Shown one piece after another: positions 19,877 to 29,326 of a stretch of 64,000 bases of DNA; position 1 is the first letter of the stretch, and each line of letters begins with the position of its first letter. The DNA is from Bdellovibrionota bacterium FG-1 (GTDB lineage Bacteria; Bdellovibrionota; UBA1018). Below the pieces are notes generated by a model. It ran no database searches. It was given only the letters and a program-made list of their open reading frames with translations, and was not told the origin of the DNA. The stretch is from NCBI GenBank assembly GCA_051382295.1, contig JBBCAW010000078.1:13558-77557 (forward strand). The letters are read 5' to 3'. The position numbers were made by a program, and so were the translations under genes.

Positions 19877-21310
19877 TCACCCCACCAAATCCTGAAATGA
19901 AATCATCCGATCAAAAAAACCGGACTCCATCACCGCGTCCGACACCTCTCCCAGATGAATCAACCCATGTTTGACCGAAAAGCCCTTTGGCCGGACAAGA
20001 CGACGAGTCTTCTCCTTGGCCTCGTCGATCACTTCAGTAGAGATCTTAGACCCCGATTTGATTTCACACAGATACAAAAGGCCCTTACGGCATTGAATCA
20101 GTAAGTCGATCTGAACGCCGGGTTTGGTCTTAGTTTTAGTCTGAAAATAGGGGCCCAATTGCACGATGTCGTCCGAAGGCAACTCCAGGCGATCAAGAAC
20201 CGGATTCAAATGATTCAAAATAAGATTCTCAAACTGGTACCCAAAAGCCGCAGGCCAAGGAAGAAACGACAATGAGTCGGTTGGCCGTAATGGACTTTTT
20301 TCTAGGCGGCTTTTTCGAGGAGCAATATATTTCAGGTAGAATCGGGCATAATTGTCCGAAATTCGAAGCCGGCTGAGCCGAGATTCCTTGCCCGAAAGAT
20401 TCCAAGTTCGGTCTCTCGCTAAAAATCCACCCGTCACCAAATCATCCAGATATTCAGTCAAATCTCCGTTCAATGGAAGCCCCAAAGAGTGCGCTACTTC
20501 AACGGGTTGACGGGGGCCATCTACCAATTCGTTGAAAATCGACGAATAGATCGGATAGCGCTTACCGAAGACATCCGAAAATATCACCTCGAAATCACGA
20601 AACAAGAGCCCGGCGGGGTTAAAGCAAAGTCTCTTCAAATTGCTTTCGACCGAGTCACGGGGCGCAATTTCTTCGAGATACTTTGGAACCCCCCCGGTTA
20701 CCGACAGAAATTTGGCCAGCTCGGTGTACGGCAGCGGTGCGCTCGGATGCCTAAAAAACTCCATAGACTCCGCTATAGACAGCTCCTTCAACAATAGGGC
20801 GGCAGAAAGACGGCCGACAAACCCCGTGTGATCGAGGATATTTTTTTGAATCCAGCTCGACACTGACCCACAGAGTACTACCATGAGGTGATTTTGCTCA
20901 GAAAGGACTTCGTCCCAAGCGATCTTAAGCTTGCCTGCAAAGTCAGGGTCTTTGGCGCCCATCCAAGAAATCTCATCCAGGAGAATCAGACATCTTTTTC
21001 CACTCGGCAAGCGAGCGAGCTGCCCAAAGGCCTGGGACCAGTCCTCAAATTCGAGGTTCTTAACTTTCAGATAACCGGCCAGCGTGTGGGAAAAATGATC
21101 TAATTGGTCGCGATTGGTAATTCCCGGTCGCGGCGCAAGACCCTGAAACTCATAGAGCAAAACCCCTTGTTTGTGCGCGAAGTGCTTAATAAGGGTGCTT
21201 TTTCCAATTCGCCGGCGCCCTTGCAGAGTCAATAAAGTCGCCTTTTTTTGGCTCCAGCTCTCTTTCAAGACCGCCATTTCAGCCGCTCTTCCAAAAAAAT
21301 GCGAACCCAT
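19877..21310 (-). CDS. ATPase_2 ('archaeal ATPase')-type protein with wHTH and PD-(D/E)XK-like C-terminus
   Basis: FFGR, GRRRIGKS, LLDEISW, CGS, GGVPKYL, QIDL..CEIK. Confidence 0.85.
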   Translation of the reverse strand: MGSHFFGRAAEMAVLKESWSQKKATLLTLQGRRRIGKSTLIKHFAHKQGVLLYEFQGLAPRPGITNRDQLDHFSHTLAGYLKVKNLEFEDWSQAFGQLARLPSGKRCLILLDEISWMGAKDPDFAGKLKIAWDEVLSEQNHLMVVLCGSVSSWIQKNILDHTGFVGRLSAALLLKELSIAESMEFFRHPSAPLPYTELAKFLSVTGGVPKYLEEIAPRDSVESNLKRLCFNPAGLLFRDFEVIFSDVFGKRYPIYSSIFNELVDGPRQPVEVAHSLGLPLNGDLTEYLDDLVTGGFLARDRTWNLSGKESRLSRLRISDNYARFYLKYIAPRKSRLEKSPLRPTDSLSFLPWPAAFGYQFENLILNHLNPVLDRLELPSDDIVQLGPYFQTKTKTKPGVQIDLLIQCRKGLLYLCEIKSGSKISTEVIDEAKEKTRRLVRPKGFSVKHGLIHLGEVSDAVMESGFFDRMISFQDLVG

Positions 21311-21322
21311 GAAGCCTCCCTA

Positions 21323-21418
21323 AATTCCTCTGTAAAATCAAAAAACCCACTTTACAGAGGAATTATAGCACACCCAAAGCTCCTCTGCTAAATGATATTT
21401 CTCATTTTACAGAGGAGC
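21323..21418. promoter_or_regulatory. Two inverted repeats (CCTCTGTAAA..TTTACAGAGG type) flanking an extended -10
   Basis: IR1 21323-21364 (14-bp arms), IR2 21379-21418; minus-strand TGcTATAAT at 21362-21370. Confidence 0.7.
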
Positions 21419-21578
21419 CCACCCTCCCCTTTCCCCGGTTCCGACGCTCCCACGTGTCAGCCACCATCAGGGCTTTTTGTTGAGGGTAAGGGGATCCGCG
21501 CGCGCAGGAGGCGCGTCTTTTGCGCGGAGGCCAGGAAGGCCGCCCCCGACAACCCTCAACAAAAAGCCCTGATGGTGG

Positions 21579-22994
21579 CTACTCCTTGGTTTCGATTCCG
21601 AACGACTTAATCTTGCGATGCAAATGGCTGCGCTCGACACCCAAAATTTGGGCGCATTTTGAAATATTAAAGTTATTTTCACGCAAAGTTTTGAGAATAA
21701 ATTCCTTCTCAAACTCATGCCGGGCGTCACGAAGGTTTTTGCTCTGCACCGCCGCAGCGGCGGCGGCGGATTCAGAAGGCCCACTCAGCGCCTCATCCTC
21801 CCACTTTAAGCTCAAGACCTCATCTTTGAGGTGAGCCAACAAATGAGCGGCCGTAATGGGTGACCCTTCCTCGGCCTCGGTGGTCAAAATAATCACGCGC
21901 TCAATGAGATTTTTAAGTTCCCGTACATTGCCCGGCCAAGAATAAGCCTGAAGCACCTTAAAACCTTCCTCGGTGAGCACCCGGGGCGAACGACCGTGGG
22001 AAGTCGCAAATTCCTTGAGAAAATACTGCGCCAAAACCGGAATATCGTCTTTGCGATCCCGAAGAGCCGGAATGTGGAAGGGCACAACGTTCAGACGATA
22101 AAACAAGTCTTCGCGAAACGTCCCTTTGGCAATCTCAGCCTTGAGGTCCTTGTTGGTCGCCGCGACGATCCGAACATCCACTTGGATCGTCTGCGCCCCC
22201 CCGACCCGCTCAAATTTTTGCTCCTGAAGAATCCTAAGGATCTTGGCCTGTGTTTTAAGGGACATATCGGCAATTTCATCTAAAAACAGCGTCCCGCCAT
22301 GGGCTAAATCAAATTTACCGCGCCGAAGAGAGGTCGCGCCGGTAAAAGCACCGCGCTCATGTCCAAAAAGCTCGCTTTCAATCAGTTCTTCGGGAATAGC
22401 GGCACAATTAATTTCAACAAAAGGTTTATTAAAGCGAGCACTTAAAGCATGAATCGACTGAGCGACCAACTCCTTGCCCGTCCCATTTTCGCCCGTAATC
22501 AAAACAGAGCCAGTCGTGGGCGCCACTCGCTTGATGAGATCTTGGATTTGCCTCATCGGGGCGCTATCCCCCACCAAAACTCGCCCTCGTTGAACCTGTT
22601 TGCGCAAAGCCTGGTTCTCGCGCGCCAGATCCTGCACTCCCGCCACATTTTGTAAAAGGACCAAAAGACGCTCCAAATTGAGCGGTTTTTCGATAAAATC
22701 AAAAGCTCCCAATTTAGTGGCCCGGACAGCAGTCTCGATATTGCCGTGACCCGACATCATGATGACAATCTGATCGGCCCACTCCGCCTTAATTTTCTTG
22801 AGCGTCTCAAGCCCATCCATGTCGGGCATCCAGATATCAAGAATCACCACGTCGGGCCTGGAACTCTTCAATGTTTCCAAGCCTTCTCGTCCCGAAGCGG
22901 CCAAGGAAACGCGATAGCCCTCGTCTTTGAGTGCGCCGGCCAACGATTGGCGGATCGAGTCTTCATCATCAATAATCAAAACTGTGCGAGACAT
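21579..22994 (-). CDS. ntrX: sigma54-dependent response regulator (NtrX/NtrC family)
   Basis: REC (LDIWMPDMDG), GENGTGKE, GAFTGA, WPGNVRELKN, Fis-type HTH. Confidence 0.85.
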   Translation of the reverse strand: MSRTVLIIDDEDSIRQSLAGALKDEGYRVSLAASGREGLETLKSSRPDVVILDIWMPDMDGLETLKKIKAEWADQIVIMMSGHGNIETAVRATKLGAFDFIEKPLNLERLLVLLQNVAGVQDLARENQALRKQVQRGRVLVGDSAPMRQIQDLIKRVAPTTGSVLITGENGTGKELVAQSIHALSARFNKPFVEINCAAIPEELIESELFGHERGAFTGATSLRRGKFDLAHGGTLFLDEIADMSLKTQAKILRILQEQKFERVGGAQTIQVDVRIVAATNKDLKAEIAKGTFREDLFYRLNVVPFHIPALRDRKDDIPVLAQYFLKEFATSHGRSPRVLTEEGFKVLQAYSWPGNVRELKNLIERVIILTTEAEEGSPITAAHLLAHLKDEVLSLKWEDEALSGPSESAAAAAAVQSKNLRDARHEFEKEFILKTLRENNFNISKCAQILGVERSHLHRKIKSFGIETKE

Positions 22995-23005
22995 AGTCAA
23001 CACCT

Positions 23006-25372
23006 TTAGCTGGGTTCACTCTTTAAGGGAATGCCTTTTCGGGTACGACGACGCTCTTCGCCCATCCGAGTCGAGGTCGGAAGTTCGATAATAAATTTGG
23101 TTCCCTCATCCGGAGCGGAGTGAACCCGAATAAAACCGTCATGATCATTGATGATCCTCTTAACAATGGCTAGACCCAGACCGGTTCCTTCTTTTTTAGT
23201 GGAAAAATAGGGCTCAAAAACGCGCCCCTTCACGTCATCGGTCATGCCTGGGCCATTGTCGCCCACTTCAATAACGGCAATCTGCAAGAGATCATGATAA
23301 TGAGTCGCGACTTGAATTCGTCGGGATTTGCCTGCCGGCATCGTCGTCAACGCGGCGATGGCGTTATCCAGAAGATTGATCACCACCCGTTTGAGCTGAT
23401 CCCGGTCAAATTCAAAAATCGGCAATTTTGGCTCTAAAGCAACTTTGAAATCAATATTCTGATGCCCTTGCTGAAAAAGTTTAATCACTTCGGTCATGGC
23501 CGCGTTGAGGTCATGGGGAACAGGATTGGCCTCCGGAAAACGGGCAAAATTTGAGAACTCGTTCACCATCTCCTTGAGTTCATCGGTATGCTTTATAATG
23601 GTATCCGTACACTCCCTCAGCAGTTCCAAGCTTTCAGCAGTGCGCAAATTACCCGACCCCAACCTCCGCTGAAGCCTCTGCGCTGAAAGTTTGATCGGTG
23701 TCAGGGGGTTCTTAATTTCATGGGCGATGCGGCGGGCGACCTCGCGCCAAGCCATTTCACGCTGCCCCTTGATCAAGTGGGTCATGTCGTCGATCACGAC
23801 AACCACACCCCAGTCCGTTTCGCTCTCTTGAAGCGGCGTCGCCACGGCTGCGAGTGCCCGAACCGTCTCTGAAGTGCCTCTAAAATTCCACTGAAAGCTT
23901 TCAACTCCCGGAGCGGGGCTGGTGGCCGTACCACTAAAGGCCCGATCGATGATTTCATAAAGAACCGCAGCTTCTCCCTTAAGAATCTCCACATATTTAT
24001 GTCCAATTGCATCGGCCGGCGCAATCTCAAGAAGCCGCGAAGCCGCAAAATTGAAAGTGGTGATAATCCCACTGCTATCAATCGAAATCACCCCTGTACT
24101 GATGTTGGCCAGAACAGCCTCGAGCTGCCGACGGCGCTTTTCGAGATCCGCGCCGGCTTGAATCAAACGCGCACGGTTATCCCTGAGATCCATGGTCATT
24201 TTATTGAAGGATTGGACCAAAGTCGCGATTTCATCATGTCCATACGCCGGAATCGTCACATCCAAATTGCCGGCACCGACCGCCTGCGCCCCAAAGACAA
24301 GCCGTTCCACTGGCCCCGTCAATTCGCGGGCCATATAAAGCCCCATCCAGATCGCCACAAAGATAATCACCAACGTAATCATGATCAAAATAACCAGATA
24401 CGTCGTTTTCATGGGAGATTTAAGAGGATTGATATCCTTATTATACTCGTCGACCGCTCCCGCGATTTCCTCGACCTTATTGACCAAGCCGACGGGGATA
24501 TAACTACTCACCACCACAATCCCCACCACCGGGTTATTGCCTCCGCCTCCCGCATGAACCGGTACCAGAGCACGGATCAGGTCGCCGGTCCCCACATGCT
24601 CCATCACCGGAAAATGTGTGCCCGAAAAAGCCTTATCCAACAAATCCAACGATAACCGAGGAAACGAGGCGGTAAACTCATGAGTCAAAGGGCGCTGAGC
24701 CAAAACCCGTTCTCCCAACGGGTCAGGGTAAAATTCAACCGCATCTAATGCGAGCAGCTCCCGCTGCCCACGTAAAAACTCATCGATCCACGAAGGCGTG
24801 GCATGAGCCAAGGACCGTTCGTCACTGTTTTCAGGAAAAGTCATCCTACGCCCGATGCTCGAGGCTAAAAGTTCTGAAAAGTGCATCGCGGCATGATCGG
24901 TACTGAGGTAATAAATTCGGGTGATTTCAAGCGATGTCTGGAGAGTGTTTTGAATCTTGACCGAAAACCAACGATCAAAGCTCGAATTAATGTACATTGC
25001 CGAAATCACGAATAAAACCAAGGTCGGCGTGATCGAAAACGCCACAAAAGCCAAAACGAGTTTAGATTTAAGACGCGCGCCAAGAATCCGGCGTCGCCGC
25101 TCGATAAACAATTTACCGAGATTGCGCAACACTAGCCAAACCAACGCAATCAGGATGATGATGTTGAAATTGAGAAGGCCGAAAAAAAAGATCGAAGTCA
25201 GAAAAGGCAGGGTGCTCGATACTTTAGTGAGCTTAAATTCGGCTATCGTCAGCGCAACAAAGAGCGCCGCAAGTAGAACAATCGCCACCCATTCGCGTTT
25301 GCGTTTGCGCCGCTCCCGCGAATCCAGGGGAGGAGGAGCAAGGGGCGTCATCAACTGACCGGACTCAGTCAT
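23006..25372 (-). CDS. ntrY: NtrY-like sensor histidine kinase (TM, HAMP, PAS, HisKA, HATPase)
   Basis: AWREVARRIAHEIKNPLTPIKLSAQRL, DNGPG, GTGLGL. Confidence 0.85.
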   Translation of the reverse strand: MTESGQLMTPLAPPPLDSRERRKRKREWVAIVLLAALFVALTIAEFKLTKVSSTLPFLTSIFFFGLLNFNIIILIALVWLVLRNLGKLFIERRRRILGARLKSKLVLAFVAFSITPTLVLFVISAMYINSSFDRWFSVKIQNTLQTSLEITRIYYLSTDHAAMHFSELLASSIGRRMTFPENSDERSLAHATPSWIDEFLRGQRELLALDAVEFYPDPLGERVLAQRPLTHEFTASFPRLSLDLLDKAFSGTHFPVMEHVGTGDLIRALVPVHAGGGGNNPVVGIVVVSSYIPVGLVNKVEEIAGAVDEYNKDINPLKSPMKTTYLVILIMITLVIIFVAIWMGLYMARELTGPVERLVFGAQAVGAGNLDVTIPAYGHDEIATLVQSFNKMTMDLRDNRARLIQAGADLEKRRRQLEAVLANISTGVISIDSSGIITTFNFAASRLLEIAPADAIGHKYVEILKGEAAVLYEIIDRAFSGTATSPAPGVESFQWNFRGTSETVRALAAVATPLQESETDWGVVVVIDDMTHLIKGQREMAWREVARRIAHEIKNPLTPIKLSAQRLQRRLGSGNLRTAESLELLRECTDTIIKHTDELKEMVNEFSNFARFPEANPVPHDLNAAMTEVIKLFQQGHQNIDFKVALEPKLPIFEFDRDQLKRVVINLLDNAIAALTTMPAGKSRRIQVATHYHDLLQIAVIEVGDNGPGMTDDVKGRVFEPYFSTKKEGTGLGLAIVKRIINDHDGFIRVHSAPDEGTKFIIELPTSTRMGEERRRTRKGIPLKSEPS

Positions 25373-25420
25373 TACTAAAGCCTAACCTATCGGTTTGGAT
25401 TTCAATACAGCTTTCTCGTG

Positions 25421-26077
25421 TCAGGGGAGCCAAGCCTGACGGGCTAAAGCCTTAATGACATCCGCGGCGCCGCTGCGAAGCGAACTCTGGATAAAGCCGC
25501 TCAATAGCCCCGTCAGAGGAAGGTCCACTCGATTAGCGAGATAATACCTCATGTAGACGCCCCCACTCGAAAGCGGTTCGACGTAAAAGGATCCCTCCAT
25601 TCGGTTAAAAGCCGGGGAGTCACGATGGGGCCATCCTGCCTGTTTAGGCGTCAATTGCCATTCAACTCCCGCTGAACCTGGACCCCCGAGATTACGGTGA
25701 ACGCGTACTTCCATATATTGCGACGAATGCAAACTCAGATAGCTCATGGATGAAAAGACATAAAATAGGTCCGGCGAAGTTCGTTCAACAAGAACGGACT
25801 CACTGAGGTGGGGCATTCCGAATTGGACAAAATGGTCATAATCCAAACCTGCAGCAAAAACCTTGGCGGGGTCCACATCCATCACGGCCGAAGCATCCGC
25901 CGAAAAGAGGTCACCGACCCGATTCGAAACAGTTTGAGTCACATGCCGTTGCGCAAGATCCAAAAGCGCATTCTGAACGGAAGGGTTGATTCCAAAACGA
26001 GAATCATAGGCCTGAGCGACGTCTAAAACTTGAACAAGCTGGAAAACAAAGAGAAAAATGACTATTTTTTTGCCCAT
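25421..26077 (-). CDS. Exported hypothetical protein, possibly START/SRPBCC-like
   Basis: Signal peptide ending AQA; DYDHF..MP and GSFYVEP patterns. Confidence 0.55.
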   Translation of the reverse strand: MGKKIVIFLFVFQLVQVLDVAQAYDSRFGINPSVQNALLDLAQRHVTQTVSNRVGDLFSADASAVMDVDPAKVFAAGLDYDHFVQFGMPHLSESVLVERTSPDLFYVFSSMSYLSLHSSQYMEVRVHRNLGGPGSAGVEWQLTPKQAGWPHRDSPAFNRMEGSFYVEPLSSGGVYMRYYLANRVDLPLTGLLSGFIQSSLRSGAADVIKALARQAWLP

Positions 26078-26121
26078 GGCAAGGCGTTTACCATGCTGCG
26101 TTAGTTCTGAAAACCCAAAAA

Positions 26122-27039
26122 TCAGACGAGCGAATAGACTTCAATTTTATCGGGCCCCGCAGCCTTAGCCGAACGAAGGGCCTCGGACGCCGAGTGGGTC
26201 AAATCACTCATTTTAGCCTCTTGCTGATCTGCCGTAATGCCAGCTACGCCAATACAAGTCGTCAAGGGAGTGCTCGTCTTATCATTCTTATACGGTTGAG
26301 CCTGAAGAGCATCGCGAACCCTTTCAGCGACAAATTCGGCCCCTGCTAAGTCAGTCTCCATTAAGAGGATAAAAAACTCATCCGCCCCGATGCGCGCCAC
26401 CAAATCGATACTTCGAATACAGGCTTTGAGGCGTTTGGCCACCTCCTGCAGAACATTGGAACCGAACTGAAACCCGAAATCCTGATTGATCTTTGAAAAA
26501 TCGTCCAAATTAAGAATCAGAGATGAAATCGGCTTCCTAAAACGACGCGACCTCAAGATTTCTTCTTCCCCTCGTCGATAGAGTGTCCGAAAGCTCAAAA
26601 GCCCCGTGAGCTCGTCGGTGGAGGTCAACTCATCGATGCGATCATTGGCCCGACGAAGCTGGTCTTGCAGCTCCTTGAAGCGCAATAGGGCGCGCACCCG
26701 CAAAATCAGATCGTGATCTTGAAAAGGACGTCCCAGATGATCATCGGTACCGGTCTGGACACCTTCCACAACCCTTTTGAGTTGGGCACTATCGACGATG
26801 AGCAAAATCGAAGAATAATGGCCCTCAGATACCGAGCGGATCTTAGAAATCCATTCGACCGCCCCCCCCGTAAAAATCCGGTCATCCAATAAAATCAAGT
26901 GAGGCTTCCAGGCCCGCAGACGGTGAAGCGCACTCTCCGAATCAGTTGCACTTTGCACGCTGATGCTCTCATTCGAAAGGATTTTTGTGGTGTGTTCAAT
27001 GATCTCGCGGTCAGGCCCAACCACCAAAACTCGTTTCAT
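26122..27039 (-). CDS. Receiver + GGDEF-domain protein (GADEF variant)
   Basis: TDELTGL, LDDFSKIN, RSID I-site, RIGADEF. Confidence 0.88.
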   Translation of the reverse strand: MKRVLVVGPDREIIEHTTKILSNESISVQSATDSESALHRLRAWKPHLILLDDRIFTGGAVEWISKIRSVSEGHYSSILLIVDSAQLKRVVEGVQTGTDDHLGRPFQDHDLILRVRALLRFKELQDQLRRANDRIDELTSTDELTGLLSFRTLYRRGEEEILRSRRFRKPISSLILNLDDFSKINQDFGFQFGSNVLQEVAKRLKACIRSIDLVARIGADEFFILLMETDLAGAEFVAERVRDALQAQPYKNDKTSTPLTTCIGVAGITADQQEAKMSDLTHSASEALRSAKAAGPDKIEVYSLV

Positions 27040-28202
27040 TTGTCCTCGCTTCCTGCAGATCCGGGCAACCAGACCGTCAATTGAGTGCCTTTTCCCACCT
27101 CAGTCGCAATGCTCACCTGTCCACCATGAGCTTCGACTATTTCTCGTGAAATAGAAAGTCCCAGTCCGCTTCCTCGATCTCCTTTAGTCGTAAAAGCAAA
27201 GTCAAAAACCCGCGCCAAGCTCTCGGGTGCAATTCCAACGCCGGTGTCCGCGATAATCACCTCAACTCCGGAGACAGTCCTTAAAGCAGGCCTCACGGTA
27301 ATCGTTAAAACGCCTCCTTTGACCATGGCCTGGATGGCATTGAGCAATAAATTCAAAAACACCTGAGAAAGACTGGCGGCATCAAACCGAAGAGGGGAGA
27401 CGGAGACGTATTTTTTTTCGATTGTGACCGAATACTTCAAAAACTCGTGACGAAGGAGAAGTAAGGCCTCATCCAACGTCTGGACCACCGAGCCGAGTTG
27501 AAAAACGGGAGTATTTCTTGAAAAAGACTGAAGATTCCGTACCAACATCCCCGCTTTTTCAGCCGCAGCCATGGCAACACCCAAGTGATCGTGGATCTTG
27601 GCAACGTCCCTTTCAAGCAGCGCAAGGTCGGTTTTGCCGATAATTCTTAATAAAAGATTGCCAAATTCATGTCCGATGCCGCGCGAAACCTGCCCGACGG
27701 CGGCTAATCGCTCAGATCGGACTAACCGATCCGTTTTTTGATCGCTTTGGCATTTTTGATTCCAAATGGCGGCGATTTGTCGGACCTTCTGCGCCAAAAA
27801 GTCTCCTCGAGAAGGAATCGGCAAAAAATCCCATTGAACCCTAAGCGCCGAACCCAAAATTTTGTCTATTCCATCGACCGACCATGTCGAATCCGAAGTG
27901 AGAAGGACAAAAAAGATATCAGGATACGCGGAGTGCATCACTTGAACAAATTTGAGACTCTGTTTTTGATTTTCAGGTCGAATGACATAAAAAACGCCAA
28001 TTACAGGCCTCTTCTGTTCGAATTCATTGCGAATCAAAACCCGGGCATTGCCTTCTGAATGACTCAAAAGAAGGTTAAGACCTAACTCATGAGTCGCCGC
28101 TGACAGGGTTTCGACATCCTTCCGCAGAAAAGTCCGGTCATCTTCGACGATGAGGACAATCAGAAAGCCCGTTTTGTTTTGAATTGGATCTATTTTAAGC
28201 AT
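27036..28202 (-). CDS. Cytoplasmic histidine kinase with N-terminal receiver-like domain
   Basis: LIVEDD; GIGHEFGNLL H-box; NAIQA, DTGVG, GSGLGL. Confidence 0.85.
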   Translation of the reverse strand: MLKIDPIQNKTGFLIVLIVEDDRTFLRKDVETLSAATHELGLNLLLSHSEGNARVLIRNEFEQKRPVIGVFYVIRPENQKQSLKFVQVMHSAYPDIFFVLLTSDSTWSVDGIDKILGSALRVQWDFLPIPSRGDFLAQKVRQIAAIWNQKCQSDQKTDRLVRSERLAAVGQVSRGIGHEFGNLLLRIIGKTDLALLERDVAKIHDHLGVAMAAAEKAGMLVRNLQSFSRNTPVFQLGSVVQTLDEALLLLRHEFLKYSVTIEKKYVSVSPLRFDAASLSQVFLNLLLNAIQAMVKGGVLTITVRPALRTVSGVEVIIADTGVGIAPESLARVFDFAFTTKGDRGSGLGLSISREIVEAHGGQVSIATEVGKGTQLTVWLPGSAGSEDK

Positions 28203-28353
28203 GTGATTGGTTCAAGTAGATCAAAGTGAGAAGAGAACAACAAAAAAAAATTGAAAAATTGTTTTCTGTTCTTGATCTGTCACGCTTTCAAGGTAACATC
28301 AGATCTATAAGCGTCGGATTTGGTTCGACGTGATTAACGGAGGAAATAATAAA

Positions 28354-28431
28354 ATGGCAACCAAGAAAAAGGCCACCAAGAAGAAAGCTACTAAAAAGAA
28401 AGCAACCAAGAAAAAGACCGCGAAGAAGTAA
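28354..28431 (+). CDS. 25-aa lysine-rich histone-H1-like mini-protein M(ATKKK)4TAKK; not in ORF track
   Basis: GGAGG SD at 28339; TTGATC-16-TAACAT promoter at 28272-28299; synonymous codon variation among repeats; own terminator. Confidence 0.85.
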   Translation: MATKKKATKKKATKKKATKKKTAKK

Positions 28432-28453
28432 TCGGTCCTTGGTAGTAGTTTCC

Positions 28454-28487
28454 AAAAGCCCTGAGCTTCGGCTCGGGGCTTTTTTTT
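28454..28487 (+). terminator. Rho-independent terminator, probably bidirectional
   Basis: AAAAGCCCTGAGC-TTCG-GCTCGGGGC-T8. Confidence 0.9.
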
Positions 28488-28498
28488 GTTTTTACCGG

Positions 28499-29326
28499 CT
28501 ATTTTAGGTCTTTTTCGACAGTTTTCTCTAAATGATCAAGCACCCATTTGAAGACCTCTAGGTAGCTTGGCCCCCCTCGTAAGGGAATCGGACCGGTCTC
28601 CGAATAGTGATCTCCGGGCAAGGCGCCTAAGAATTTTCCCCACTCCGCCGACTGAAGACTCACCATTCCATCGTTTTCAGGAAAACCAGCTTTTGCGATG
28701 ATCTCATGGGCAACCCATAGCCAAGGAACCAGTGAATGGGTAAAAATTGACCCCGGAATGTAAAATCCGGCGCTAAAATACCTCACTCGAGGATCATTCT
28801 GGACCTCCGGGTTAAAAATCCGGTCCATATAATCCGTCGTTAGCTCATGGGCAGCACGCAAATCGCCTTCAAACCATTTTGAAAGGACCGCATTTCCGCC
28901 AGCGAGGTGCTTCACCACAAAATCCGCCAATGGACTCCCGTGATGAGGCGTGGCCAAAGTGGTGATTGAGGCAATTCGATCGCCCAAGCCGTACCGATGC
29001 ACGACCAAACGGCAATCTAGACCGCCCATACTATGTCCGATCAGATGCATGGACCCCTGGGGGACCAATCGATGGATTTCATCGCGCAAAATTGCAGCAC
29101 GTTCTTCAATCGTGCCGTTAGAAGGGGTCTCGGCGATCAAAAATTCATGGCCACGATCCCGAAAAAGCTGTTTCAAAGCAAAAAGCGCCTCATAGGGAAG
29201 GCTCGAAACCCCTAACCCATGGGCAAAAACGACGGGGAGGGGTCCTCTCTGTGGAGTCGAGGCCAACGCAGTGGCCGAATTCACGGCTAACCCAACAAAT
29301 ACCAAAAAAAGACCGCATGTTCTCAT
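28499..29326 (-). CDS. Secreted alpha/beta-hydrolase (triacylglycerol lipase-like)
   Basis: HGL oxyanion, GHSMGGLD, TPHHGS, NDGMV, DH. Confidence 0.88.
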   Translation of the reverse strand: MRTCGLFLVFVGLAVNSATALASTPQRGPLPVVFAHGLGVSSLPYEALFALKQLFRDRGHEFLIAETPSNGTIEERAAILRDEIHRLVPQGSMHLIGHSMGGLDCRLVVHRYGLGDRIASITTLATPHHGSPLADFVVKHLAGGNAVLSKWFEGDLRAAHELTTDYMDRIFNPEVQNDPRVRYFSAGFYIPGSIFTHSLVPWLWVAHEIIAKAGFPENDGMVSLQSAEWGKFLGALPGDHYSETGPIPLRGGPSYLEVFKWVLDHLEKTVEKDLK

